Program-made: the position numbers and the translations under genes
In this document: positions 48,027-61,031 of the stretch, in pieces
How positions within the stretch are numbered: the stretch's first letter is position 1
Layout: the number at the start of each line of letters is the position of its first letter
Assembly (NCBI RefSeq): GCF_001447785.1
Contig: NW_015167527.1
Location: 1,874,778 to 1,938,777 of the forward strand
Direction: 5' to 3'
Length of the DNA stretch: 64,000 bases
Origin: Gekko japonicus
Lineage: Eukaryota
Notes under the pieces: model-generated
Database searches by the model: none
What the model was told of the DNA's origin: nothing
Seen by the model: the letters and a program-made list of their open reading frames with translations, nothing else

Positions 48027-48469
48027 CTAAAGACAATTAAGATATACTTAAAAGACTGATATAAATGTACCTTTTGACAGTTTCTCAGTGGAAAACTACA
48101 GAACAGCAGATAGTTTTCCAGAATGTCAGATGTCTGCTGTGTGCTTTTGTAAACTTTCATATAGCTAAGGAATGTAGTACTCCTGATAGAAAATACCAAA
48201 ACATCTGCACCAGTAAGATTGTAATCCATTTTAAAAAGGAACTAGAAGAAAAAAGGCAGAGACATTTTCCAGCTGGTGGAATTTTCTGGCTTTAGTCATT
48301 CATACAAAACATTTCTATGATTAAAAAAACAAGCAATTAACTGACAATGAACAACAATACATACATTGTCCCATAGCCATACCAACAAAAACTGCATATA
48401 CCAGTACTACCACAGTTTGATACCCTACTTTCAGCACTTTGTATCGTGGTAGTCAAGGTTTATTTATAA

Positions 48470-48698
48470 CCAGATATTTATATATCCAGCTTTTCTCCCC
48501 AGTGGGAACCCAAATCTGCTTATAGCATTATTTCCCCCTCTTCCATTTTATCCTTAAAACAACTATCCTGTGAGGTATGTTAGGCTGACAGACAGTGACT
48601 GGCCCAAGGTCACCCAGTGAGCTTCCAAAACAGACTGGTGATTTAAACCTTGGTCTCCCAGATCCTAGTTCAACCCTAGAACCCCTACATCACACTGG
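48470..48698 (-). mobile_element. Old Squam3-like SINE
   Basis: Reverse homologue of 20817. Confidence 0.65.
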
Positions 48699-50036
48699 TT
48701 TAAGGGAGGTTGGAAGACAATTCATTCAGTACAAAAGAAAGCAAGGTGTATTATGCCTTCCGTTTCCTGAATATTCTCTATGTCACCAGCCTGCTACATT
48801 AAAGGACTTCTGCAGGACACAGCTAGTTTGGGCAAAAGCACCACAGGACCACGATACATTTAACAACAGGGACAGAAGCATTCTGATAAGCTGTGAACAT
48901 TCTGTAAATTCAAGTACACCCAAGCTTAACAGTTCCTACCTTCTTTGATGAGAACTTTAACCTTAAAAACTAAGGGCAGTCTTGGATGCTACACCTTGAT
49001 ATCATGATCAAAAGCCAGATACATTATTAAATTTCATTTAAAGTATTGTGAAGGAATTCTGTGTACTTTGATAAAAAACATCTGGTCCAGTCACTCCAGT
49101 TGGCATAGTTTTTATGAAGGAGTCCAAGGCAGCCTCCACACACTGAAGTTCCTACTTCAATGCACCTAAATATCCCTCTGATTTACGTGCAATTGTTCCT
49201 TATCAGTCGGTTGCCCTGCAGGGATGAACACAGTTGATAATTTTACCACACATCTGTACCTGATGTGCAGTAAAACCCTCCTATCTCTTGGGAGATAATT
49301 GAGCTCACTGAGCTCGAAATACCTTGGAAAATGGAGGAGCTGTAATATTCTCTCTGATGACCCTTTGTAGGACAAACCACCTTGCCAAGTTATTACTGGG
49401 CCACGTTACCACTCGGAATCCTCAATAACTATCCACTCAGTTTTATTGGCAAAGTAGGTTGTACCATGAACTCGCACTGACATATTGATGTTGCCATCTA
49501 TATGCAAACTTAGGTAGTAAATATAAATATATTTAAGTAAATATATAGTGGGTGGGATCCTTTACTAGCACATAATGAGTCCATATAAGTAAGCAAATAA
49601 GTCAATATTTCTCCTTTGGGGAGTAGACCTCAGTGCTGCATTCCCCTTTGTTCCTGAGTGTTCCCATACCTTCAGGAGCAGAATTTTAGTTGACTTGGGA
49701 TAGGGAAAGTGGCAAAAATGGCATCCATGAACTTGTTCCACTTGGTGGAGTATAGAATTCAAACTATTGGTAGTCTACACACTGACTATAGGAAAAAACA
49801 TGGTTTAGTGTCACATCTGAACTGACCCATAGTGATACATACTGTGTTTTGGGAGAAAAATATAGTCAGTCTCCTTCCTTGATCCCACTCTCTCTGTTCC
49901 CAGGGGGCATTTTCATGAAAATGAAATCTGTTTCTTCTAAATTCTGCCTATCTTTCCTGCTTGTAATGAACACTTTATGATGTAATAAGTAGCTCTGGAT
50001 TTAACCATAGTAATAAAAGAGGCATAGTGTCACAGT

Positions 50037-50249
50037 GGGGAGGTGCTGTGGCTCAGTGGTAGAGCATCTGCTTGGCATGCAAAAAGTCCCAGATTCAAGC
50101 CCCAGCATCTCCAATTATAAGGATCAGGTAGTAGGTGATGTGAAAGACCTCTTCCTGAGACCCTGGGGAGCTGCTGCCACTCTGAGGAGACAATGCTGAC
50201 CTTGATACACCAAGGGTCTGATGAAGTATAAGGTAGTTTCATGTGTTCA
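50037..50249 (+). mobile_element. tRNA-derived SINE with CR1-like tail (Squam2-like)
   Basis: A box tggctcagtggtagagc, B-box-like gattcaagccc, tail ggtctgatgaagtataaggtagtttcatgtgttc. Confidence 0.8.
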
Positions 50250-50758
50250 CGGTGTGTAACTCGTCTGGAATTCAAGAAAGAATGCAGAGTACCCTTCCAA
50301 TGACAGAGGCCTTCTACCACTGCAAGAAAATCACACACACACACACACACACCTCCGCAAGCCATCTACATTTGTAGCTGGTGCACACATACTTCCCTAT
50401 AGTGCCAGATAATATCCTTGGGGGCAGAGGAACCCAGGCACAAGCCCTGAACAGTGAGAGATGGTTAAATGTGTTGGCTGCCTCTTGGCTCAAATTCATT
50501 CATTCAGCTGTTGTCACATGGCCAAAGAAAGGGTTCATAGTTGACAATGGGGAAGGAATTGTGGAAGTACTGAAGGAACTGTACAGCATCTAGACTAAAA
50601 AGCCCAGTCATGTTTAAAAGTCTAGAAATGCAATCCTATACAAAATTGCTCTAGTCAAACCAGTAAAATCAACCATAAAATTAGCAAGAACCAAAAGAAA
50701 ATTGCTAACTATATTTTAAAACATTATTGTATATAGTAAATGTATAACTAATACTCAC

Positions 50759-50950
50759 ACTTTGTTGATTTTCCTCAGAGAAGATACCATATTTTTTATC
50801 TCCAGGTCCTCCTGGGACCACTCCCAAATCTGTACTTCTAATTTTCCTCTGGAACATTGCAAGGTCTCTTCGGTAGGTTCGAATTTTGATCATCATTTGA
50901 TTGCGGAAGGACACTGGAGCATATTTCAGTTCTTCTTCCATTTCCCGTAG
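50759..50950 (-). CDS. VTI1B: VTI1B exon 3: LREMEEELKYAPVSFRNQMM...YGIFSEENQQS
   Basis: 192 bp; Habc domain; tttaag| ... |gtgagt. Confidence 0.97.
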
Positions 50951-51390
50951 CTTAAATAGGTTATAAAACATCAAAATCTTGGTTTACATGTGTACCTGAA
51001 TAACGGCCATGCTTAGACTTGGCTTGACAATTTGTCCAAGCAGTATATCACTGCTGTGAAAACACTATCCTCACCCACACCTTTTATCGAGGAATATCTC
51101 ATGCTGTACGATTGTACATCTTGTACTAGTCTACTTAACAAGCTAGTGTTGTCTTTGCCATCCTAAAAAATAGGGAGACTCCTGGACAGAAATAGAAATA
51201 AACGAAAGAAAAGAACCCCTGTCAGTTGAAAGGAATTTGCACGAGGACACTGAAACAGCAACTACAAAATAAAGAAAATGTATCATCTTGGTTTTTGTTT
51301 CACACACACGGAAGCATACATCAGAGAAGAGGGTGACACAAAGAAGTCTATTAAAATAGTGGCATTCAGAAAGACAAAGAATTTCTGTAC

Positions 51391-52289
51391 TATTTATTTA
51401 TTTATTTGATTTATATACTGCTGTCCCCACGAGCGGGGTCACGGCAGTTTACAACAATTTTTAATATAATAACATAAATAAATTTAATATAATAACATTT
51501 AATATAATAACATAAAACAGAGAGCCAGTTTGGTGTAGTGGTTAAGTGCGTGGACTCTAATCTGGGAGAACTGGGTTTGATTCCCCACTCCTCCACTTGC
51601 ACCTGCTGATGTGACCTTGCTAAAGATCTGTCATTGTAGCTATACAAAACTGTGGGGTATAAATCCAATCTCTTCTTCTTCTAAAACAACCATGAAAAGC
51701 AATTTAAAACGATAAACCCTAAAATACTGTGCAACAGTTAGTTCCGATGTCAATCAACTTATTTGAAATTCAGCAGTGTCCCAATATCGGGGTCCAGGCC
51801 ACTGGAGGGGAGATAGCCAGGAAGGAAGAGGGACACCCGCCACCTCTACCAAAAGCCTGGTGGAAGAAGTCTGTCTTGCAGGCCCCGCAGAACTGTAATA
51901 GATCCTGCAGGGCCTGGATCTCAACTGGGAGCTCATTCCACCAGGTGGGGGCCAGGGCCAAAAAAGCCCTGGCCCTGGTCAAAGCTAGTCTGACGTTCCT
52001 GGTACTGGGGAATGCTAGAAGATGTTGATTTGTGGACCTCAGTGGCCTCCAGGGCTCATATGGGGAGAGGCGGTCTCTAATGTATGCTAGCCCCTGGCCC
52101 TATAGGGCCTTAAAGGTAAGCAACATCACCTTGAAATACATCCAGAACTCGATAGGCAGCCAGTGCAGTTCATGCAGCACTGGGTGGATGAGAGCCTGCA
52201 TAGGTGTCACCGTCAGCACCTGTGCTGCCGTGTTCTGCACTACCTGCAAATTCTGGAGCAGAGTCAAAGGCATTTGCAACAACTGTTAG
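51391..52289 (-). mobile_element. L2 LINE 3' fragment with a Squam3-like SINE (+, 51520-51682) in its tail
   Basis: LQVVQNTAAQVLT...HPVLHELHWLPI...FKVMLLTFKAL and RAFLALAPTWWNELP are L2 ORF2 C-terminal motifs; (TAAA)n tail. Confidence 0.85.
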
Positions 52290-52915
52290 ATCTTACAGCA
52301 CAGTACTATACTTAGATGAATCAGAAGATGTCTGAAAGTTAGTAATTTTGATCCATAACACGTTATCTCATTTACATAGTATTTCCTTAATATTCCCTCC
52401 TTGCTTAGCTCATTCTATTTTACTTTTTGCCAGACTTGCACTCTCCCCAAACAAAGAGTTAACTTAGGTCTAGTTTGCACTGAAGTGCTAAAATGGTGTC
52501 CAGGCTGCTCTATTTCAGACTGCAGAAGAGGGCTCACATGTCTGAATGATGCTTCATAAAAGGCATCCTTTGCACAAAACCAACATGTCAGGAAGAAGAC
52601 TATACCAGAACCATTCCCCTCAATATCTAGCTTTCCATGAGGAGGAAAAATTTTTTTAATGGGGGAGCATTCAGTCATGTGACCCCCCCCACACACACAC
52701 ACCCATGCACTCTTGCGCTGCAGCCCAGACACATATTTACTGCCTTAGTGACAATTAAATCCTCACTGCCATCTTGTGGAAATTCCTGCACAAAGTCTCC
52801 GTTTTAACATAGAATCCCTTTTAACATAGCACAAATAAAGGCCTGGGGCCAAAGATTTATGAAAGTGGTGCCATGAAGCTAGGCTGCGTAGCAAACAAAA
52901 AACAGTTTGTGATAT

Positions 52916-53143
52916 AGAACAAACCTAGAGTCCAGTGGCACCTTTAAGACCAACAAAGGTTTATTCAAGGTATGAGCTTTTATGTGCATGCACACTTTTT
53001 CAAATACACTGGAATGGAAAGTAGAGTTCAAACTCATAGACACATTGAACAGCAAATTTACATGTAACATGATGAAAATGTTTTAAGTTATGCAAAAAAA
53101 CCCCTAAATAACAAGCTAATCATGTTACATGTAAATTTGCTGT

Positions 53144-53176
<33 letters not shown>

Positions 53177-53555
53177 AAGTTTGAACTCCTACCTTCCATT
53201 CCAGTCAGTGTTCCCTCTAAGCTGAGTTCGAGTGTGTTAGCTCACATTTTTTTAGCCTCCGGCTCACACATTTTTGTCTTAGCTCAGAAAGGATGGCTCC
53301 AGAGTAAACTAATTTATGCAGTAGACAAATCACTCGCTCCCAACTTTAATGCTAGTAGCTCACAAAGTAGAAATTTTGCTCGCAGGACTCCACAGCTTAG
53401 AGGGAGCATTGATTCCAGTGTATTTGAAAAAGTGCATATGCACACAAAAGCTCATACCTTGAATAAACCTTTGTTGGTCTTAAAGGTGCCACTGGACTCT
53501 ATATTTGTTCTACTGCTTCAGACCAACACGGGTAACCACCTGGAACTATCTTCAT
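52916..53555. mobile_element. Penelope-derived inverted-pLTR element (fold-back), interrupted by a hAT MITE
   Basis: Arms ~52916-53073 and 53118-53513 are inverted repeats; 12-bp TSD AGTTTGTGATAT (52904-52915, 53556-53567). Confidence 0.85.
53206..53411 (+). mobile_element. hAT MITE
   Basis: TIRs plus 8-bp TSD ATTCCAGT. Confidence 0.93.
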
Positions 53556-54269
53556 AGTTTGTGATATGGCATGGGAATCAGCTGTTCAAAGACAAAACAA
53601 GCGTTATCCAAGCTTTCTTCAGAAAGTGGAAGAGCTGCCAGTTAACCATGTGACTCTTGCAAACTGTGTCTTAACCCTTTGTCCTCTGTTGGTATAAATG
53701 AGGTACTACGCAAGAACTGTGCTACATGTCAGCTGTTGCTTTTAAAAGGACTGTGTGAATATTGGAGAAGCGTCTAACCAATGATCATAGGGGCTTCCAG
53801 GATCGGAGAGGAGACTCAAGTGGGCATTTGCAATTCGAAGGGTCTGTATGCAGACCATAAGCGAGGCTTAAAGCGAAGGAGTATCCTCTATGTTTATATC
53901 CTGATTAAGTCTGCTGGGCAATAAGGTGATGAGACTCTCTTCAAGCCGGGCAGTGAAAAGCAAATTGGAACGACCCCTATGATTGAAGGCAAAAATTTAA
54001 GCGGAACAGTCCTGGGAAAAGGAGAAGGGACTTTGTTTTGAGATGGCCAGTTCTTGATATAGCAAGATGGTGTCACAGGGAAGAAGAAAGAGGAAAACAG
54101 CAATGGAAGAGAAAATGAGACTGTGTAATATCTACTGAGAGAGACTTATTGTTAATTTGCTTTTAATGGTTAAATGAGATGCCATTGTTCTCTGTAATTT
54201 GTGTCTAAGTTAAATAGCGATTCTCTTGGACTACTCTTCATATAGTCAGATTTGTTGGGATGTTTTTAC

Positions 54270-54480
54270 AAGCTATGATGATGATTGATCACTCTCAGTG
54301 TTAAAGAAAGCTCTTTATTATTGTTAAGCAAATTTTTCACAAGCTGTATGTGACCTCCAACCCTTGGGTTTTTAGTGGGTTTTCTTTTCTTTCTCCTATA
54401 ATGTGTAGATTCCCTCCCTAATTTCGTTGTGGTTTTTAGTAAATACAAATAAAAAATCCCCTACGGGGGGCCATAAAAAA
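54270..54480 (+). mobile_element. 3' end of an L1/HAL1-like element related to 12270-13260
   Basis: Shares ttctttctcct...ccctccct...aataaaaaatcccct(a/c)cggggggcca(t/a)aaaa with the reverse strand of 12270-12400. Confidence 0.7.
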
Positions 54481-54720
54481 GACAAAAACATTAACCTTTC
54501 ACTTGGACTCATTTTGGTTTGGCAGGGTACATTATTAAAGGCAGTAAAGGAGAGAGAGAAAGCACACACAAGGGAAAACACAGAATAAATGTTTAAAGTG
54601 GCATCCCCCCCCAAGCAAGACATCCCCCCCAAGAAAGAATTTTTGTTTACAACAAATGGAATTTAAAAGGTTTCATATCCACCAGTGATCCTTTTCCTCC
54701 AATGAAAATTTATATCTTAC

Positions 54721-54779
54721 TGTTTCATTTGCTTCTTTTTGTTTTTCTTCAAATTCCCGAAGCAGCTTCTTCTTCTCTT
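54721..54779 (-). CDS. VTI1B: VTI1B exon 2: (E)EKKKLLREFEEKQKEANET
   Basis: 59 bp, ttctag| ... |gtaaga, phase 1 to 0. Confidence 0.95.
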
Positions 54780-55258
54780 CTAGAATACAAAACAGATAAC
54801 ATACAGAAGGTATGTTTTCAAAGGAAGAAAATTAACACAATTCAGCACTATTAAAAAGGCATTCTGGGGACACATTCACCAAATAATTTCCACAATAGCC
54901 ATGTTATCTCATTACTGCTTGTTTCTGTGAAAACTGATGGTTTCACATGATCAGTATGTAAAACAACGTGAATCTAAATCACAACATAATGGCTCTACTT
55001 TGATGGAGTGCGAGTTCACACAATCCGTCAAGGATCCTGCAAACCGGAGGGAAGAGCTGGTTCTATGTATGTAAACAGGTAAAACGCAAGACAGGAAGTG
55101 TGCACATACAACGCTACAAACATAGGTATACTCTGCACAATCCATTACCCCCTTTTTTGAATGGAAAGGCTTGCACAAATTGACATAGATGCAGTGGAGT
55201 CACGTCATATATTGCCTCATATGCACAATGGATGAATGTGTGTGCCCTTGCTTCCCAG

Positions 55259-56369
55259 TGTCAGGCATGGAATACCTGACTGGTGTTGCCCAGAGGCACT
55301 GCCTTTTACTCTTGGGTAGCCCCAAAGTAGGGGTATCCCACTTCTAACCTGACCCAGAGACTCACAAAACTCAGGCCAATAAAGGAACTCCTGGCTCTGA
55401 AACATAGAGCTAGCCACAGCTCTGAAAAAGGGGGTCTCCATTTTCAGGTTTCATAAGGCAACCCTAGAGCAAGCCTCCAGTCTTCCCCCTCCAGCCAGCA
55501 CAGATATGCTTCTGGAATAACAATGGGTTCCACCAGGTGAAGTATCTACATCTCTAAAGGCTATTCAGAGGCCACCTGGTGATTAGCCCTGTCTCCAGAA
55601 CCTCACCCAGCCCTTTTGTGCAGTCCCATGTCTATGTGTGAATTCTTTGTCCTTCCTTGCTCCATCTTCTTGACACTAATCAGGGACCCATCTCCCATCT
55701 TTTATCTGTATCTGGGAACCTATTCAACTGCCTATCAGAACCATAAATGGTCATAAAATCCATTCAACTAGCCCCAGTACCTAGCTAATCCAATCAAGAT
55801 ATTGTCAATCCCATCATAGCCACTCTGCCTCTCTGAGAGCTCATTGGTCACATCTAGGCCTTGCCCATCCTGATGTCATGCGCCCCTGGGACTCATCATT
55901 GGCCCAGGTAATCTATTGTTCTCACCCGAGACCAGCCTCCAAGACCTTCCATTGGCCTGCATTGTTTTCCAATGTCTATATCCATCAGAGCACATGGCCT
56001 CAGTGTGTGCCTCTGCCCTGATGTCAACTGTCAGTCCACCCTCAAACCTTTGGGTCTGAGCCATAATCCCTTCTTCATGCACCTCTGCACAGATAGTATC
56101 ACCCCATAACTGACCCCTTTATTTGCTATTATTCACCTCTGCTTGCTTAGTTCTTTATTGTGTGTGTGAATGCTTGATTACTGTTTGTATGCTTGAGGAA
56201 TAGTTAGTAAATAAATCATTATTTAAGTTAAACAGTCTCTGTGTTTATTTCTGGGACTGGGAAATCAAACTCCCATGTACACAGGTCATGATCCTATAGT
56301 TATGCCAATTGCTCATTAATATCATAATTCCCCAAACTATTATTAAGAAATAGAGCAATTTGGCTAACA
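55259..56369 (+). mobile_element. Possible solo LTR (ERV-like)
   Basis: TGTCAG...CTAACA ends and late AATAAA (~56210); no direct-repeat TSD found. Confidence 0.35.
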
Positions 56370-56601
56370 CTGGGGAAGGTGAGAAATGGTCCTATGTAGT
56401 CCTACTTCCAAATATCTGCATGCATGTTTAAAAGCCTACTATTTGAGGTGAAATTATTTATGAAAATTTCTAGAATGTGATTCTCTCCAATAATTAATAT
56501 TTTGGTCTCAGCAGGAAATAAATTAATTCAATGAAACATTCTGTAATCCATCTACAGAGCTGCTGCCAAGCCAGAGACCACTTGGAATAGGAACAAAATA
56601 T

Positions 56602-56870
56602 GAAGAAGAGGAGATTGGATTAATACCCCACCCTTCACTACCCAAAGGAGTCTCAGAGCGGCTTACAAACTCCTTCCCCTCCCCCTCCCCACAACAAACA
56701 CCCTGTGAGGTAGGTGGAGCTGAGAAGGCTCTGACAGAAACTGCTCTTTTTCAAGGACAGCTGTGCCAGAACTATGGCTTGCCCAAGGTCATCCAGCAGG
56801 TGCAAGTGGAGGAGTGGGGAATCAAACCCAGTTCTCCCAGATTAGAGTCCACACACTTAACCACTATATC
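56602..56870 (-). mobile_element. Squam3-like SINE
   Basis: Near-identical to the 37474 copy. Confidence 0.88.
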
Positions 56871-57110
56871 AAACACCAATATGGACAGTTTGCCAGTGTC
56901 TCAATTAAATTGGCTAGATGGACTCAGGCAGTAATACAGTCATGAAGATTTCTAGTTTTTCCTCTTCCAAGGAAGCTTTTTCATCCACATCTAAAGATTT
57001 CAAAATGTAAAAATGTCAGGGAATAAAGAAGGTCTCTCCAAGTAGGCAGTGCAGCATGGTAATGGAACACTGTTTCTCCAAGTACTCTGGAGCAGAATAT
57101 ATGCTACAAT

Positions 57111-57316
57111 CAGTGTTTCCTCTAAGCTGAGTAAGTGTGAGCTAGCTCACAGTTTTTTAGCCTCCAGCTCACACATTTTTGTCTTAACTCAGGAAGGATG
57201 GCTCCAGAGCAAACTAATTTATGAAGTAGCTGAATCACTTGCTCACAACTTTAATGCCAGTAGCTCACACAATAGAGCTTTTGCTCACAAGACTCCACAG
57301 CTTAGAGGGAGCATTG
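57111..57316 (+). mobile_element. hAT MITE
   Basis: TIRs plus 8-bp TSD GCTACAAT. Confidence 0.92.
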
Positions 57317-59699
57317 GCTACAATGACAGATCTTTAGAGAAACCTGAGCGCTCTTTCAGTAAGATAATACTCACATCTGCAAGCAGATGTAGTAGTATCT
57401 CACCCACATGGGTCAAGGGGTCACTGCTCAACTCACAGAATCCTTTTTGAAAAGTCTGTCAATTCATCATCTTGTTTGTATATAGCCAGATAGCCAGAAT
57501 CTGTTGACAGTGGACAAAGGATATCAAACATGAGAATTTAGATATGGCAAAAAAAAAATCACCCCACAAGAAGGATATTCTCTTTTCAGACACAACTATT
57601 CAGTTATATTCCACTGCATGGGAGCAGCATTGTTCCACTAGTGAGAAACTACACTATGCTAGATCACTAGCAGTATACACAAACAAGCTTAAAATACACG
57701 TAGAAACCAACTGAAGCATAATAAATCACAGGAACAATGCTTAAGGAGCTCTGAAGATAATATGCGATTACAGAAATTATCTGACTAAACCAAATTAGAA
57801 ACAGACATTCTACTTTTAGAAAATCAGCATCATTTGAAAGATCATGTGACAAATGCCAGAACTATCTGCCTCTGGAAGCTGTATTTCTTCAGTAGCCTCA
57901 TCATTCTATACAAGCCCTAACTAAGTATCCTTGGAAGAATGCCAAAAATGTCAATACCATTTTTCAGGAAAATAAGTTTATTTCAGGATCTTAAAGTATA
58001 CACACTTCGATCATTAGTCAGAATTCATGGAATGCTGCTACATCTGTGACAGCTATAAAAACTAAGAAAGGAAAGTCCAAGATAAGAGGCAGTATACTTT
58101 TGCTTACACAAACTGCTGGACTGTATTAGGATCTGTCTGTAAACTACTAAGAAGCATCTGACTGGCTACTGCTGCTCTGACCATGTGACCTAATAAATTA
58201 ATTTTATGATTTTCAATCTACACTAAGGATTTGTGACATTCAGAGTAAGGAATAATCCTTTACAATAACATGAATTTCCTTCATTGTAACAGACAAATTA
58301 TAATCTAGTTTATAATAAAATTGATAAAATCCTGCTGTACAAATGGTGCCCTTTGTACTCCTAAATTATAAGCTGTCTACTATGTTGAAAAGTGAGTAAA
58401 TACATAAGTGAAACACAGTGGTGCAGTAGCTAACAAGTTGTATGTGAACATGGGTAAACTTAGATTCAAACCTCACCCAAGACCCAACTATGAAGATTGC
58501 TAGATAGGCTTGAAGAACTGAGCCTGTTTACAGGATGGGCAGGGTACAAACAAACAAATAAAGGATCACAGCTAAGGAACTGATGCTGCTTTAAGGTCTC
58601 TGAGAAGAAAGGGGGGGGGACACCCTCTTTCTCTAGTTCCATTTTTTAGCTGTTTTAACAAACAAGGTAGCAAGATAGCAGGGCTTTCCAGCTCCTGAAA
58701 ACCTGTCCATTTAGGTTTAAAACATGTACAAACAGAAAGCCTTTAAATGACCACAGATTGTCTTTCCTTCACTGCTAAGTATCTACATGGGCAAGGGGAT
58801 ATGGGCAAAATGATTCACAAAGTTACTTGGACAAATTAGTGGGGACTGTGGTGTATACTGCTATGTATAGTTTGCTGTAAATTGTATGTACTCTTGCACC
58901 ATTATATATGTCAACATTGATGCTTTGCTTCAATTCTGTTTTTTAGATTTCTGGTTGGTTCTACAACCCAAATCCTGTTTCCATCCTGTTGACTGTATTG
59001 ACTTACTCTGTGTAATCTGCCTTGAGACCCAGTAAGAAAGGTGGACTATAAATAACAGAAATAAATCAATTGGGGACACTTCTGAGGGGAATGTTCCACT
59101 GTATTCAATAGGATTTACTTCTGAATATGCTTAGGATAACAGGATGGGGGCATCCTCCTTGAGTAGCCTTGGGTGCAGGATTGCCAGATGTCTTCCCCTT
59201 TTAACAGGGTCATTACATGTGGAAATGTGCAAGTGAAGCTTTTCATGGCATGGAGATAAATAGCATCCCACTAAACCTCTATTAAAGGGGCAGTGCACTT
59301 TTCTAGGCCAGTTGGCAATCCTACTTTGCCTAGGGCACCACAAAATCTTTTTTTTTTTACAGAATTAAACACGACCTTGAAGCTCAAGCCTCTTTCAGGG
59401 TGCGCCCCCCCCCCCCTGATTTCCAAAGGACCTTATCCTTCTGAAGAGTCTGGGGACTGGCACCAATTTACTAGTCCTACTCCGCGGCCATTATGAGCCG
59501 TCTGTCATACATGAACTAGCAAGCGAGCTTTCTCAAACACTTTCGTTTGTTCCTAGGAAAAGGTTCGCTTATCGTACTTCTGTTAGAGGGACATGAGGAA
59601 AGTGAGCGAAAAAGATGGCAAACCCGAGACTCANNNNNNNNNNNNNNNNNNNNNNNTGCTGTGGGTGGGGTAGAGGGCTGAAGACTACCTTTCCCCACA

Positions 59700-60180
59700 G
59701 GCGCTGTTACTCTATGAGGAGGAAAGTAACAACGGCGCCGGTGCCCGGTCCTTGCCTCCCACCACGGCTTCGGCCGAACTCCTCACGTACCAGCGGCTGA
59801 GCTCCCGCGTACTCTCTCCGCGGCACCCTGCAGCTCCTTATGCAGGCCGCGGAAGATTTCGTGCAGCCGCTCCAAGTGCTCGGAGGAGCCGAGGCCGCGA
59901 TCCGCCATGGCGCCGAGGAGAGAACAAGCAGCAACTTTCCGAATCTGTCACGAGAGCGCGGTTACCAAGGGCCTGGAGCCGCCGCCGCCGCCATCTCCTC
60001 ACAGGCACTTCCGGAACAAGAAGCTACCCTCGCTCCTGTGGCAGAAGCACGCCCGGCTCCGCCATCGCGGCGCCTAAAGCAACCTCTCGTTTGTGTCCAT
60101 CGCACAGCGCCACTTTGGTTCAGGCGGGGAATTACCAAAGGGATGGGAAAGTCACACAGTTTTTTCTGTCAGCGTGGCTG
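59700..60180 (-). promoter_or_regulatory. VTI1B CpG-island promoter with ETS site (CCGGAAGT, 60007-60014 rc) and YY1-like ATGGCGGC
   Basis: CpG-rich; motifs seen directly. Confidence 0.7.
59791..59908 (-). CDS. VTI1B: VTI1B exon 1: MADRGLGSSEHLERLHEIFRGLHKELQGAAERVRGSSAA(E); 231 aa total
   Basis: ATG in strong Kozak context (gcgccATGG) at 59908; SSEH.E.LHEIFRGLH signature; donor |gtacgt. Confidence 0.96.
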
Positions 60181-61031
60181 TAATTTCTCCCTGTGCAAAG
60201 TTCTCATGTTTGAAGGAAGCAAGCAAGCCTGGATGAAATTTACTTTGTGAACCTTAATTTGAGGAGGCAAAAGCAGATGTCGCATCACGTGGGCTGATTA
60301 AATACTGATATTTAATGGATACGAATATTTAATCATTAAGTGGGCTTGATACAGATGCTGAATTTTAGAACCTGGATGGGATTGCACAGAGCCAGTAACT
60401 TGTCTGGAAGATCAACTATTTATGACAAATGCAGAGATTGGGAAATGGGTGCACTTTACTAGAGGTGCCCATCCAGGTGGCCTGGCCCCCAGGCTGCAAG
60501 CCCTTTATCACGCTATGGCCTTTTTATGTCATTTCAGAAATAAAACAGCATTTTTCTTTAATGACTCATTAGATATGATGTACAGCATGGGACCTGGTGT
60601 GTGTGTGTGGTGGTAGTGGGTGTTAGAGGTGTCCATCCTCTTGGACTGTTTTTAAAAAACTAATGAAAATGTCCTCTTTTGGGGTTGGAAGGTTAGGAAT
60701 ATTCCTAGTTAGAAGCAATTATCACAGCTTAAATAGAAAGGGAATTTAAAATGAGATTCGTCATAGTGATCATTTGTTTGAAGTAGTCAGTCGGGAAATA
60801 TTTCCTCTTTTTTGTTTTTCAAAATATGGTATTTATTGCATCGTGTATATTTTATTAACGAACTGATAAGTCAAGACAACTCTTTTGCATTGTGCATATT
60901 TTTTAAGACGCTTCTACCAAAAGTTATGAAACATGGCTATTGCTGGTGGGTGGTGCAGGTCAGGACAAGGCAGGGCAGCAATCTCCCTGCTATGTCAAGA
61001 GCATTACCAGACATCTGCAATCATGATGGAG

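Noticed and set aside
50037-50112. tRNA-like sequence
   Set aside because: Head of a SINE that continues into SINE body and tail; not a tRNA gene.
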